The notes below the pieces were generated by a model. That model saw nothing but the letters and a program-made list of their open reading frames with translations. It was not told the origin of the DNA and searched no databases. From Escherichia coli (GTDB lineage: Bacteria; Pseudomonadota; Gammaproteobacteria; Enterobacterales; Enterobacteriaceae), in NCBI RefSeq assembly GCF_003334405.1, contig NZ_QOWM01000001.1: DNA of 64,000 bases; one strand, 5' to 3'. A program made the position numbers and the translations under genes. Below are positions 1 through 10,978 of this stretch, one piece after another; position 1 is the first letter of the stretch; each line of letters begins with the position of its first letter.

Positions 1-17
1 CCGTGAGGCTTAACCTT
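1..17 (+). rRNA. rrlG: 3' terminal fragment of 23S rRNA (window begins inside the rrn operon)
   Basis: Sequence ccgtgaggcttaacctt matches the conserved 3' end of E. coli 23S rRNA; followed by the short spacer and 5S rRNA. Confidence 0.75.
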
Positions 18-109
18 ACAACGCCGAAGCTGTTTTGGCGGATGAGAGAAGATTTTCAGCCTGATACAGATTAAATCAGAACGCAGAAGCGGTCTGATAA
101 AACAGAATT

Positions 110-229
110 TGCCTGGCGGCCGTAGCGCGGTGGTCCCACCTGACCCCATGCCGAACTCAGAAGTGAAACGCCGTAGCGCCGATGGTAGTGTGGGGTCTCC
201 CCATGCGAGAGTAGGGAACTGCCAGGCAT
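110..229 (+). rRNA. rrfG: 5S ribosomal RNA
   Basis: 120-nt sequence tgcctggcggc...ctgccaggcat is the canonical E. coli 5S rRNA; assigned to rrnG because kgtP lies immediately downstream. Confidence 0.95.
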
Positions 230-243
230 CAAATTATGCGAAA

Positions 244-268
244 GGCCATCCTGACGGATGGCCTTTTT
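244..268 (+). terminator. rrn operon rho-independent terminator
   Basis: GC stem ggccatcc/ggatggcc with 4-nt loop followed by TTTTT directly after 5S. Confidence 0.8.
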
Positions 269-552
269 GCATTGGCGCAGAAAAAAATGCCTGATGCGAC
301 GCTGCGCGTCTTATACTCCCACATATGCCAGATTCAGCAACGGATACGGCTTCCCCAACTTGCCCACTTCCATACGTGTCCTCCTTACCAGAAATTTATC
401 CTTAAGCTCCTCAATAACCATTTTCCTGCTAACTAAATTCATGGTTAAGGTTGCATAATGATATGCAACAAATGTATAACATTTCCTTTACCAAAAAAAA
501 TAAACAAAAGCGACCGACAAAAGCATCGGATTACGGCAGGAGACATAATGGC

Positions 553-1851
553 ATGGCTGAAAGTACTGTAACGGCAGACAGCAAACTGACAAGTAGTGAT
601 ACTCGTCGCCGCATTTGGGCGATTGTGGGGGCCTCTTCAGGTAATCTGGTCGAGTGGTTCGATTTCTATGTCTACTCGTTCTGTTCACTCTACTTTGCCC
701 ACATCTTCTTCCCTTCCGGGAACACGACGACTCAACTACTACAAACAGCAGGTGTTTTTGCTGCGGGATTCCTGATGCGCCCAATAGGCGGTTGGCTATT
801 TGGCCGCATAGCCGATAAACATGGTCGCAAAAAATCGATGCTGTTATCGGTGTGTATGATGTGTTTCGGATCGCTGGTTATCGCCTGCCTCCCAGGTTAT
901 GAAACTATAGGTACGTGGGCTCCGGCATTATTGCTTCTCGCTCGTTTATTTCAGGGATTATCTGTTGGCGGAGAATATGGCACCAGCGCCACCTATATGA
1001 GTGAAGTTGCCGTTGAAGGGCGCAAAGGTTTTTACGCATCATTTCAGTATGTGACGTTGATCGGCGGACAACTGCTAGCCCTACTGGTTGTCGTGGTTTT
1101 ACAACACACCATGGAAGACGCTGCACTCAGAGAGTGGGGATGGCGTATTCCTTTCGCGTTAGGAGCTGTGTTAGCTGTTGTGGCGTTGTGGTTACGTCGT
1201 CAGTTAGATGAAACTTCGCAACAAGAAACGCGCGCTTTAAAAGAAGCTGGATCTCTGAAAGGATTATGGCGCAATCGCCGTGCATTCATCATGGTTCTCG
1301 GTTTTACCGCTGCGGGCTCCCTTTGTTTCTATACCTTCACTACTTATATGCAGAAGTATCTGGTAAATACTGCGGGAATGCATGCCAACGTGGCGAGTGG
1401 CATTATGACTGCCGCATTGTTTGTATTCATGCTTATTCAACCACTCATTGGCGCGCTGTCGGATAAGATTGGTCGCCGTACCTCAATGTTATGTTTCGGT
1501 TCGCTGGCAGCCATTTTTACCGTTCCTATTCTCTCAGCATTGCAAAACGTTTCCTCGCCTTATGCCGCTTTTGGTCTGGTGATGTGTGCCCTGCTGATAG
1601 TGAGTTTTTATACATCAATCAGTGGAATACTGAAGGCTGAGATGTTCCCGGCACAGGTTCGCGCATTAGGCGTTGGTCTGTCATATGCGGTCGCTAATGC
1701 TATATTTGGTGGTTCGGCGGAGTACGTAGCGTTGTCGCTGAAATCAATAGGAATGGAAACAGCCTTCTTCTGGTATGTGACCTTGATGGCCGTGGTGGCG
1801 TTTCTGGTTTCTTTGATGCTACATCGCAAAGGGAAGGGGATGCGTCTTTAG
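553..1851 (+). CDS. kgtP: alpha-ketoglutarate:H+ symporter, MFS family
   Basis: ORF-track protein from [11 protein letters not shown] matches KgtP (432 aa); AGGAG Shine-Dalgarno upstream of ATG at 553; track start at 451 is an upstream extension. Confidence 0.95.
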
Positions 1852-2171
1852 TGACGGGTCAGTTGCCAGACGGTATAGCCGGTGCTTGCACCGGCGACAT
1901 CCCAGGCCAAATCCTTCCAGCTCCAGCCGCTCCCTTCGGGGCGGCTATCCCAAAGCTCTTTTGACGCCCCCAAACTGACAGAGAACATCAATCCAAACAT
2001 GGCACTGCGATCCCGGCTCATCCCCTGATGCTGTGAATATTCATTTCCGGCGGCGGAAAGCATCGCCGAGGCGATAAAGTGTTGAGCTTTATCCTGCCCG
2101 CTCCAGCTATCGTTAGCCATATGGCTGCATCCAGAAAGTAACAATAGCGAACAGACAAAAAGAATACGCAA
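1848..2171 (-). CDS. yfiM: small lipoprotein YfiM
   Basis: Lipobox LLLLSGC near N-terminus; 107-aa product if started at the in-frame TTG; start codon uncertain (track ORF extends to 2192). Confidence 0.75.
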
Positions 2172-2180
2172 AACGTGGCC

Positions 2181-2212
2181 TCCAAAAAACAAACCCCGTA
2201 CAGGACGGGGTT
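2181..2212 (-). terminator. rho-independent terminator after pssA
   Basis: 8-bp stem aaccccgt/acggggtt followed by a T-run on the minus strand, immediately 3' of the pssA stop. Confidence 0.6.
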
Positions 2213-2216
2213 GTGA

Positions 2217-3572
2217 TTACAGGATGCGGCTAATTAATCGGTCGATGCGGATACGGCGCAAACGGCGGATGAGTTTACGAACCTTCACCGGATAATCGGC
2301 AATACTTTGCAGATCGCGATAGTGCTTAACGATGGTGGTATGCTCGCGGATCAGCTCCAGTTCTTTCTCTCGCTGTGGCGCCAGCTCAAGTTGCGGATCG
2401 TGGATCAAAATGGCGTTTTCCAGATCCAGACGCCAGGCGCGCGGGTTCAGGTTATTACCGGTGATCAACATCCACTTATCATCAACCCACATCCCTTTCA
2501 GGTGATAGGTGTTGTCGTCATCTTTCCATAACCGAACCACTAGCTGGTCAGTATTGACGTAATACTGCAAACGGCTCAGGAAACGACGCAGATTGATCTC
2601 ATAGAGATAAGGCAATGCGCCAATTATCTTGAAAGGTTCATCTTCCGGAATGTAGAAGTCATTCGCGGTTTTATCACCAACAATAATTTCGACCTTTTTC
2701 CCTTCGCGCAGCAACTGGATAATATTGCGCACAAGGATTGCTGGCAGGTTGAAGTATGGCGTACAGATGGTTAGTTTCTGCTCGGCACAAGGCATAAGAT
2801 GGAAAATGGTCTTGTTCAACAGACTCGATTTCCCCAGCCCCACTAGCGGCGTTACAGAAAGCTGATCGTTGTCGGCATCGCCCTGGAAATGATAAGCGGC
2901 ATCACGCAGCTCCTGGCGGAACAGACGAATATCGTTCTTGATTTCCGGGCTTTTTGGCCGATTAACATCATCCAGACGATTAACGCCGCGGCCATTCATA
3001 ATATTCTGTGTAACCCATTCAAACATAATGTCTGACATCTTACGGTTACGGATCAGATGATAACGGTCGTAGCGATATTTATCGTGCTGATGCAGGTAAA
3101 CATCGTTCAGGCTGGCACCGCTATAAAGTACGCTATCGTCGATGATAAAGCCTTTAAAGTGCAGAACACCAAGGGCTTCACGAGTATTGATTGGAACGCC
3201 ATAAACCGGAACATCTACGCCCGGATTTTCCTGCGCCATGCGGCAGTACCAGTCAGCGTTAGTGTTAGATGCCGCAGCGCCAATGCGTCCACGTTGTGCA
3301 CGATGCCAGTCGACCAGCACCCGCACATCCAGTTCCGGACGCTGCCTTTTAGCCTCATACAACGCGTTCAGAATGCCTTTGCCACCGTCATCCTGTTCGA
3401 GATACAGGGCGACAATGCAAATGCGCTGCTTCGCGCTGGCTATTTTTTCCAGCAGCGTCTCCCGGAAGTCGGCGGGAGCGTAAAAGAAATCGACATCATC
3501 AACTGATTGAGAAATCTTGGGTAGTTGGGCAAGGTGTTGTTGATGTTTATTACGCTTAAATTTTGACAACAT
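2217..3572 (-). CDS. pssA: CDP-diacylglycerol--serine O-phosphatidyltransferase (phosphatidylserine synthase)
   Basis: 451-aa product MLSKFKRNKHQQ... matches PssA; two PLD-like HKG motifs visible in the translation. Confidence 0.95.
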   Translation of the reverse strand: MLSKFKRNKHQQHLAQLPKISQSVDDVDFFYAPADFRETLLEKIASAKQRICIVALYLEQDDGGKGILNALYEAKRQRPELDVRVLVDWHRAQRGRIGAAASNTNADWYCRMAQENPGVDVPVYGVPINTREALGVLHFKGFIIDDSVLYSGASLNDVYLHQHDKYRYDRYHLIRNRKMSDIMFEWVTQNIMNGRGVNRLDDVNRPKSPEIKNDIRLFRQELRDAAYHFQGDADNDQLSVTPLVGLGKSSLLNKTIFHLMPCAEQKLTICTPYFNLPAILVRNIIQLLREGKKVEIIVGDKTANDFYIPEDEPFKIIGALPYLYEINLRRFLSRLQYYVNTDQLVVRLWKDDDNTYHLKGMWVDDKWMLITGNNLNPRAWRLDLENAILIHDPQLELAPQREKELELIREHTTIVKHYRDLQSIADYPVKVRKLIRRLRRIRIDRLISRIL

Positions 3573-3685
3573 CACAGTGCATTTCTTCTCTGTTCATTGA
3601 AGGGTCCTCTGTGCAATGCAGACGACATAAGCGGGCAATAATAACACCAGTCCCGATTAAGTGGTCAACATTTCCAGTACCTTAC

Positions 3686-6346
3686 TCATGATTCCTCGCG
3701 CTGGGCAAGATTTAGCGTAAGCCCAACGATCCCCTCTTCGAGCTGGATATCAACGTTAAACCCGAGCTTGCGGGCTAGCGCCACCATGCCACGATTGTTT
3801 GGCATCGTAATACCATTCAGACGTTGTAGTCCGTGATCTCGCGTATAGGTAATCAACTTTTCCATTAAGCGTCGACCTAAGCCTAACCCTTTGAGATCCG
3901 AGCGAACCAGTACAGCAAATTCGGCATCGATGTTATCAGGATCGGAAATCGCACGCGTGACGCCGAGGATCTCTTCCGTTTGATCAATACGTCGTACCGC
4001 TACAAACGCCATTTCCCGATCGTAGTCGATCTGTGTCATGTTGGCTAAATCTTCATGGGTAAATTCGTTGATCTCGCTAAAGTAGCGGTAATAAAGATCT
4101 TCTTTGGTGACTCGCGAAATGAATTGCTGAAGTTGTGGCTCATCTTCTGGCAAAATCGGGCGGAACAAGCAGCGTTCACCGTTTTTCAATTCTACCCATT
4201 CTTCCAGCTGATGCGGATAAGGGCGCACTGCCAGCCGACTCTCGTTATCGCCTTCAAACGGCGAGATATCCAGCGTGACATCCAGCGCGGTAAATTCACT
4301 GCCAGAAGCCAGCAAAGGATGAATATCCAGACGCTGAATTTCCGGGCAATCGACAATCAAGTTGGAAACCTGCACCAGAAGCTGGCTCAAGCCTGCAACA
4401 TCCAATGGGCGTAGCGCACTGCGCGCACGAATCTTTTTACTTTTGATCCCCTGAATAACCAGATAGCGGGCCAGGTTCATGTTCAGCGGCGGCAGTGCGA
4501 CGACGGCTTGATCTTCAGGACGCCACTCCACACCGCCTTCACCCAGCATGATCAACGGCCCGAAAACCGGATCGTGCTCAACCACAACCCGCAACTCCTG
4601 AGCGCCAGCACGGTTAGCCATACTTTGCACCAACAGGCCGTGGACCCGCGCCTGTGGCCAGGCCATTTTTACGCGATCGAAAATAGCGTTCGCCGCTTGC
4701 TGGACTTCATTGGCTGTACGCAGGTAAAGCATGACGCCCTGAACTTCCGATTTATGTGGAATATCCGGCGAACGCAATTTCAGCGCCACCGGATAACCAA
4801 TCTGTTCGGCAATATGCACCGCTTCGGTGCTATCGCAGGCAATCCAGGTAGGGAGCGTGTTCATGCCATACGCTTGCAGGATGGGCTGAACTTCATGGGT
4901 ATCGAGCGACGTAGCCCCTTCGGCAATCGCCTGTTGCAACAGAAGATGCGCTTCTGCGGTATTGGAAGTCAGATTGCTGGGCAACGCCGGCGTTTCGCGT
5001 AGTTGCTTCTGATTACGCCGGTACTCCACCATATGCATAAAAGCAGTGATGGTTCCTTCCGGGGTACGGTAGGTCGGCAGCCCGGCTTCGCTGAATAAAC
5101 GTCGTGCCTCTTGCGAGGAGTGCTCGCCGCACCAGTTCGTCAGCAAAGAGACATATTTGCTGCGGGGATGATGCTTTACCGCTTCAATTAATACTTGCGC
5201 GCTTTCTGTTGCGGGAGCAGCGGCGCTGGGCGAATGAATAACCATCAGCGCGTCAAAATCCTGGCTGTGGAGCAGAATATCCAGCGTTTTAATATAGTGC
5301 TCACTGCTGGCGTCATCGCGTAGATCGAGCGGGTTAGATATTGCCACATGTTCTGGCAGTGCATCGCGCAGTTTCTGGCAGGTTTCTTCGCTTAGCGTTG
5401 CCAGCTTGCCATTGCGTGACCATAAGGCATCCAGCGCCAGCGCGGCAGGCGCAGCACCGTTGCTGATAATCATCAGCCGGTCGCCACGTAGCGGGCGCAT
5501 ATGGCTAAGGGTTTCCACCGCCGAAAACAGCTCGTGGGTGTCCTGTACCCGCAACAAACCGGCACGCTGAATAGCCGCATCCCATGCCGGGTCCATTCCT
5601 GCCGTCGTGTTGAGCAGTCGCTGTGCCGCCGGGCTACGTCCGCTTTTAATCACCAGAATCGGTTTATTACGCGAGGCACTACGGGCCGCCGAAACAAAGC
5701 GTCGCGCGTCGCTTAACTGTTCGAGATAGAGCAGGATGGCGCTGGTTTTACTGTCGCGTGCCAGATAGTCAAGCAATTCATCAACGTCGATATCCAGGCT
5801 GTCGCCGAGCGCAATAAAGTAGGAAAAGCCCATCTTACGCTGTTGCGCCCAGTCGAGGATGGTGTTGGAGACGGCAGCCGATTGCGAAATAAACGCCAGC
5901 TTGCCGCGTTTAATCGGCACAGGCGAAAAGCTGGCATTCAGACCTTGCCAGGGAGCCAGTAAACCCAGACTGTTTGGTCCAAGCAGGCGCATGTTATGGC
6001 GCAGGGCGCAGGCGCGGAGATCTTCGTGTTGCGATGCCGGGGCGGAAAGAATAATGCAGGTTTTACAGCCTTTCTCGCCGAGCTCTTCCAGAAGAGCAAG
6101 ATTACGGCTGGCATTGGTACATAAAACCGCAAGGTCGGGTGTAAAGGGCAAGCTGGCAATATCCGGCCAGGCCAACACACCCAACACCGCTTTCCAGGCT
6201 GGCGTCACCGGGAGTACCGGTCCGTTAAAGCCTCCCGCCAGCAGGTTACGCATCATCAGGTAACCTGCGCGATTGGGTTTCATCGACGCGCCAATTACCG
6301 CTATCGATTTTGGTCGCAGTAGTGCTTCCAGTCCTCGCTGACTCAT
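3686..6346 (-). CDS. patZ: protein lysine acetyltransferase (acyl-CoA synthetase-like domains + C-terminal GNAT)
   Basis: 886-aa product MSQRGLEALLRPKSIAVIGAS... matches PatZ/YfiQ/Pka. Confidence 0.95.
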   Translation of the reverse strand: MSQRGLEALLRPKSIAVIGASMKPNRAGYLMMRNLLAGGFNGPVLPVTPAWKAVLGVLAWPDIASLPFTPDLAVLCTNASRNLALLEELGEKGCKTCIILSAPASQHEDLRACALRHNMRLLGPNSLGLLAPWQGLNASFSPVPIKRGKLAFISQSAAVSNTILDWAQQRKMGFSYFIALGDSLDIDVDELLDYLARDSKTSAILLYLEQLSDARRFVSAARSASRNKPILVIKSGRSPAAQRLLNTTAGMDPAWDAAIQRAGLLRVQDTHELFSAVETLSHMRPLRGDRLMIISNGAAPAALALDALWSRNGKLATLSEETCQKLRDALPEHVAISNPLDLRDDASSEHYIKTLDILLHSQDFDALMVIHSPSAAAPATESAQVLIEAVKHHPRSKYVSLLTNWCGEHSSQEARRLFSEAGLPTYRTPEGTITAFMHMVEYRRNQKQLRETPALPSNLTSNTAEAHLLLQQAIAEGATSLDTHEVQPILQAYGMNTLPTWIACDSTEAVHIAEQIGYPVALKLRSPDIPHKSEVQGVMLYLRTANEVQQAANAIFDRVKMAWPQARVHGLLVQSMANRAGAQELRVVVEHDPVFGPLIMLGEGGVEWRPEDQAVVALPPLNMNLARYLVIQGIKSKKIRARSALRPLDVAGLSQLLVQVSNLIVDCPEIQRLDIHPLLASGSEFTALDVTLDISPFEGDNESRLAVRPYPHQLEEWVELKNGERCLFRPILPEDEPQLQQFISRVTKEDLYYRYFSEINEFTHEDLANMTQIDYDREMAFVAVRRIDQTEEILGVTRAISDPDNIDAEFAVLVRSDLKGLGLGRRLMEKLITYTRDHGLQRLNGITMPNNRGMVALARKLGFNVDIQLEEGIVGLTLNLAQREES

Positions 6347-6377
6347 ACCGGTCTCCCGCAGAAGTGACCGAATGATT

Positions 6378-7076
6378 TTAAACGCTTTCTAACTGTTCTG
6401 CTGTGATGCTACCCAGATGTTGCGTTTTTCCTGCCAGATAGCGTGTTTTAAAGCGGGTAAAATGCTCGCCTAACCCTGCCGCCGCCCCGGTATCGCCGGC
6501 CATATCTAACAGTGCGATGGCTACCTCGGCAGTACAATATTGGCCTTCAGCCTGGGCTTCACGCAGGCGATAGGCAGAAAGCCGGGAAAGATCGACGGAA
6601 ATGACGGGAAGATTATCCAGATACGGACTTTTACGAAACATCTTGCGAGCTTCCGGCCAGGTACCATCGAGCATGATAAACAGCGGTGGCTTACCGGCAG
6701 GTGGTGTGAAGATCACTTCCCGTTGCTCATCAGCATACGAAGCGGGAAAGACCACCATTGGCTGATAGTCCGGGTTTTGCACCAACTCCAGCAAATCCTG
6801 CGAGGGTTCGGTACGCGACCATTGAAACGCAACGGTATCAGGCAAAATATCAGCAATGAGACGCCCGGTATTACTGGGCTTCATTGGCTCGGTGTCGAAC
6901 ATCAGCAAACAGAAGCGACTTTTTGCTTGTGCTGGGGTAATTGTCGAACAGAGACATAATTTCTCTGGCAAAAGACAGCGTTGGCAGCGACGAACGCGAT
7001 TACCGCGGGCAAGAAAAGGACGTGTTGCGCGCGCAATACGCTCGGCGCGTAACTGGAGAACAGCGTTTTCGGTCAT
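6378..7076 (-). CDS. yfiP: DTW-domain tRNA-uridine aminocarboxypropyltransferase
   Basis: 232-aa product from MTENAVLQLRAERI...; DTW motif (MLDGTWPEA) and N-terminal Cys cluster; track ORF extends 17 codons upstream. Confidence 0.88.
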   Translation of the reverse strand: MTENAVLQLRAERIARATRPFLARGNRVRRCQRCLLPEKLCLCSTITPAQAKSRFCLLMFDTEPMKPSNTGRLIADILPDTVAFQWSRTEPSQDLLELVQNPDYQPMVVFPASYADEQREVIFTPPAGKPPLFIMLDGTWPEARKMFRKSPYLDNLPVISVDLSRLSAYRLREAQAEGQYCTAEVAIALLDMAGDTGAAAGLGEHFTRFKTRYLAGKTQHLGSITAEQLESV

Positions 7077-7144
7077 AAGAGAGCGTCGAAAAAACGCCAT
7101 TGTCGCAGAGGAGAAAACGGGGCACAAGATGCGCCCCGGTAAGA

Positions 7145-7564
7145 TTAAAGAGATTCGTTCAGCCAGCTATCGAACGGCGCTTTCGGTACTGCGCCATTAA
7201 GCATGTCGACAACCTGACCGTTTTTGAAAATCATGATCGTCGGTATACTACGAATTCCAAAGCGACTGCTCAATTCACGTTCAGCTTCGGTATTCACTTT
7301 CACAAAGCGCACTTTACCGCTACGCTCTTGCGCGACATCTTCAAAAATTGGTGCGAAATTACGGCAGGGGCCGCACCACGGTGCCCAGAAGTCGATCACC
7401 ACAGGTAGATCATCCTTCAGCAATTTGTCGAGTGTTTCACCGGTCGCATTAATCACCTCTCCGTCAAACAAGTCGTGACCGCAGCGTCCGCATTTTGCCG
7501 CATCTTCGATCCGATCGTCGGGAATGCGATTGATGGCCTGACAATGGGTACAAACGGTATTCAT
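7145..7564 (-). CDS. trxC: thioredoxin 2
   Basis: 139 aa; N-terminal zinc-finger cysteines (CTHC...CGRC) plus WCGPC active site. Confidence 0.95.
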
Positions 7565-7770
7565 AACTAACCTCGGGATGAGTAAGGAGACTTATCGGCA
7601 ACGACGCCGGTATGTTTCTAATATGTTACATATTATCGGGGACATTGTTCCAGACAACAATCTGTTTTATTCAATAGGTATGATAGTCGCAGGCTTTGGT
7701 ACGAAATCATGGCGAACCGCGCGGACTTCGGGTAATCTGCGCGCTTCGCGCAGCGCTGGTGGAGAAAAGC

Positions 7771-8808
7771 ATGAACGATGAAATGAAAGGTAAAAGCGGC
7801 AAGGTCAAAGTGATGTATGTCCGCAGTGATGATGATTCTGATAAACGTACCCACAACCCGCGTACCGGGAAAGGGGGCGGGCGTCCAGGAAAATCTCGTG
7901 CTGACGGTGGCCGTCGCCCCGCCCGCGATGACAAACAGAGTCAGCCCCGTGACCGCAAGTGGGAAGATTCGCCGTGGCGCACGGTTTCCCGCGCGCCGGG
8001 TGATGAGACGCCGGAAAAGGCCGATCACGGTGGCATCAGTGGTAAAAGTTTTATTGATCCGGAAGTGTTGCGTCGTCAGCGTGCGGAAGAAACCCGCGTC
8101 TACGGCGAAAATGCATGTCAGGCACTTTTCCAGAGCCGTCCGGAAGCGATTGTTCGCGCCTGGTTTATCCAGAGTGTAACGCCGCGTTTTAAAGAAGCTT
8201 TGCGCTGGATGGCAGCAAACCGCAAAGCGTACCATGTGGTGGATGAAGCGGAATTGACAAAAGCGTCAGGCACGGAACATCACGGCGGCGTTTGCTTCTT
8301 GATCAAAAAGCGTAACGGTACAACCGTGCAGCAGTGGGTAAGCCAGGCAGGCGCGCAGGATTGCGTTCTGGCACTGGAAAACGAATCTAACCCGCATAAC
8401 CTGGGTGGCATGATGCGCAGCTGCGCGCACTTCGGCGTGAAAGGTGTCGTGGTGCAGGATGCGGCACTGCTGGAGTCGGGGGCGGCTATCCGTACCGCAG
8501 AAGGCGGCGCAGAGCACGTTCAGCCGATTACTGGCGACAACATTGTTAACGTGCTGGATGATTTCCGTCAGGCAGGTTACACCGTAGTGACCACTTCCAG
8601 CGAGCAGGGTAAACCGCTGTTCAAAACTAGTCTGCCAGCGAAAATGGTACTGGTGCTGGGTCAGGAATATGAAGGGTTACCGGATGCCGCACGCGATCCG
8701 AACGATCTGCGCGTGAAGATTGACGGTACGGGCAACGTTGCCGGGCTGAATATCTCTGTCGCAACCGGCGTTTTGCTTGGTGAATGGTGGCGTCAGAATA
8801 AAGCCTGA
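7771..8808 (+). CDS. yfiF: SpoU/TrmH-family RNA 2'-O-methyltransferase with basic disordered N-terminal extension
   Basis: 345-aa product from [11 protein letters not shown]... at ATG 7771; C-terminal SpoU methyltransferase domain. Confidence 0.9.
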
Positions 8809-8855
8809 TAAATCAGCCGGGTGGCAACTCTGCCATCCGGCATTTCCCCGCAAAT

Positions 8856-9545
8856 TTACTCACTCTCTGCCGGTAATACTGGCATCCAGTCAATCGGCGT
8901 CTCGCCACGTTGTTCCAGCCACTGATTTGCCAGCACAAAATGGTTGCAGCCAAAGAATCCACGATGCGCCGAAAGCGGCGACGGATGCGGTGCTTTCAGT
9001 ACATGATGGCGTTGCTTATCTATAATCGCCCCTTTCTTTTGCGCATGCGATCCCCACAACAAAAACACCACGCCTTCGCGATGCTGGTTAATCAGGCTGA
9101 TCACTTTATCGGTGAAGGTTTCCCAGCCGAGGCTGGCGTGGGAATGCGCCTGACCTGCGCGTACCGTCAACACAGTATTGAGTAGCAGAACGCCCTGACG
9201 CGCCCAGCTTTCAAGATAACCATGATTAGGGCGGGTGAAGCCCGGAATAGTATTTTCCAGCTCTTTATACATATTCAATAATGACGGAGGAATGGCAATG
9301 CCGGGACGAACGGAAAATGCCAGACCATGCGCCTGTCCCGGTCCGTGATAAGGATCCTGGCCGAGAATCACCACTTTAACGTCACCCAACTCTGTAAAGC
9401 GGAACGCGTTAAAGACATCTTTTTGTGGTGGGTAGATAGTGACGCCGGACTGCCGCTCGCTGGCGACGGTCTGAAGGGTATTAAGAAAATAGGGTTGCTG
9501 CTTCTCTTCAGCCAGCACGTCATGCCAGGTTAATTCGTTAGCCAT
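8856..9545 (-). CDS. ung: uracil-DNA glycosylase
   Basis: 229 aa, [20 protein letters not shown]..., GQDPYH motif. Confidence 0.97.
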
Positions 9546-9849
9546 CTCGCTCTCCTGCGAATCTTCAATCCGCCTAGCTTAACTGCTTCTTTCTACAGAA
9601 CAAAATCATGCTCATTTTTTAGACTTAAACGAGTGCAAAAAAATGTAAATTGGTAAAATTTCACACCCGCATAAGTTGATATAAAACAATAAAATCCATT
9701 TGCGACCATACTTGATGTGTGGTTTTTATTGATTTAAATCAAAGATTCAAGGGTGTTTGAGGAGTATATATACACTCAAGCAACAATGGTTTTACCAATT
9801 GGCCGCGACAGGCTGAACAAATCAAATAATTTTGCCGGGGAGGCATCAC

Positions 9850-10233
9850 ATGATTACAGGTATCCAGATTACTAAAGCCGCTAACGACGATCTGCTGAAC
9901 TCTTTCTGGCTGCTGGACAGCGAAAAAGGCGAAGCGCGTTGCATCGTTGCAAAAGCAGGTTGTGCAGAAGATGAAGTGGTTGCAGTAAGCAAACTGGGTG
10001 ACATTGAATACCGTGAAGTTCCAGTAGAAGTGAAACCAGAAGTTCGCGTTGAAGGTGGTCAACACCTGAACGTTAACGTTCTGCGTCGCGAAACTCTGGA
10101 AGATGCAGTTAAGCATCCGGAAAAATATCCGCAGCTGACCATCCGTGTATCCGGTTATGCAGTTCGCTTTAACTCTCTGACTCCGGAACAGCAGCGCGAC
10201 GTTATCGCTCGTACCTTTACTGAAAGCCTGTAA
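9850..10233 (+). CDS. grcA: autonomous glycyl radical cofactor (stress-induced alternate PFL subunit)
   Basis: 127 aa from [16 protein letters not shown]...; glycyl-radical motif RVSGYAV; GGGGAGG Shine-Dalgarno upstream. Confidence 0.95.
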   Translation: MITGIQITKAANDDLLNSFWLLDSEKGEARCIVAKAGCAEDEVVAVSKLGDIEYREVPVEVKPEVRVEGGQHLNVNVLRRETLEDAVKHPEKYPQLTIRVSGYAVRFNSLTPEQQRDVIARTFTESL

Positions 10234-10254
10234 GGCTTAAGTAGCAAGTTACTA

Positions 10255-10287
10255 AGCGGAAGAGGGCGACCTCTTCCGCTTTTTTTC
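10255..10287 (+). terminator. grcA rho-independent terminator
   Basis: 11-bp stem agcggaagagg/cctcttccgct followed by TTTTTTT. Confidence 0.75.
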
Positions 10288-10288
10288 G

Positions 10289-10876
10289 TTAATAGAAAAT
10301 GCGTACCGCGCAATAGACCAGCAACAGGGCAAGCACGATATTTAACTGGCGACCATACTGGCGAAACAATCGCTGAAACAGATGCCCCGCCAGCGCCCAG
10401 CACACATTGCCAAACGTCCCAATCATCGCCAGCAAAACGCTGACGCCAACTACCCAGCTTAACGCCTGTGTTTGCGGCAGAACAAACGTCGACAGTGCCG
10501 TAACACCGTACAAAATGATTTTGACGTTCACAAACTGCAAAGCAAAGCTGGCCCAAAAGCTGATTGGTTTTGCCTGAAGTCCGTCTTCCTTTGTTGGGCT
10601 GGTGGCGATTTTCCACGCCAGCCAGACAATATATGCCGCCCCCGCCCAACTCAAAAGGTGTACCGCTGCCGGGTCAATCACTGCCAGTGAAAATGAAATG
10701 CCCGCACACAGTAACATCACAATCAAAAATCCCAGACTCATCCCTGCCAGCACGCGGGTACTTTGACGAAATCCATGCGACGTAGCAGAGCTAAGGGCGA
10801 GAATATTGTTCGGTCCTGGCGTCATAGCGGTAATCAGGGTGTAAGTCCAAAAAGCACTTAAAAGGGTCGGTGTCAC
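10289..10876 (-). CDS. eamB: cysteine/O-acetylserine exporter, LysE/RhtB family
   Basis: 195-aa hydrophobic protein MTPTLLSAFWTYTLITAMTPGPNN...; start codon appears to be GTG. Confidence 0.9.
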   Translation of the reverse strand: MTPTLLSAFWTYTLITAMTPGPNNILALSSATSHGFRQSTRVLAGMSLGFLIVMLLCAGISFSLAVIDPAAVHLLSWAGAAYIVWLAWKIATSPTKEDGLQAKPISFWASFALQFVNVKIILYGVTALSTFVLPQTQALSWVVGVSVLLAMIGTFGNVCWALAGHLFQRLFRQYGRQLNIVLALLLVYCAVRIFY

Positions 10877-10978
10877 TTGTTATCTCCTCTGTTTTGGTAG
10901 ACAGTACCCGACACGGAACATTTAAAAAAATGAATGTTTTTATATTCTAGATTCGATATTTTCGATAGGTTTGGGGTT

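Noticed and set aside
451-552. Upstream extensions of ORF-track starts (kgtP 451, yfiF 7696, yfiE 10934, yfiC 13415, rpoE 16254, rseA 16859, glrR 37394, hcaR 57310, yphC 50505 and others)
   Set aside because: In each case an internal ATG (or TTG) with a better-placed Shine-Dalgarno gives the length of the known protein; the extensions run through promoter or terminator sequence.
7620-7700. Possible OxyR site (ATAG repeats) between trxC and yfiF
   Set aside because: Only a loose resemblance to the OxyR tetranucleotide pattern; I cannot verify spacing against a matrix, so it is not reported as a feature.
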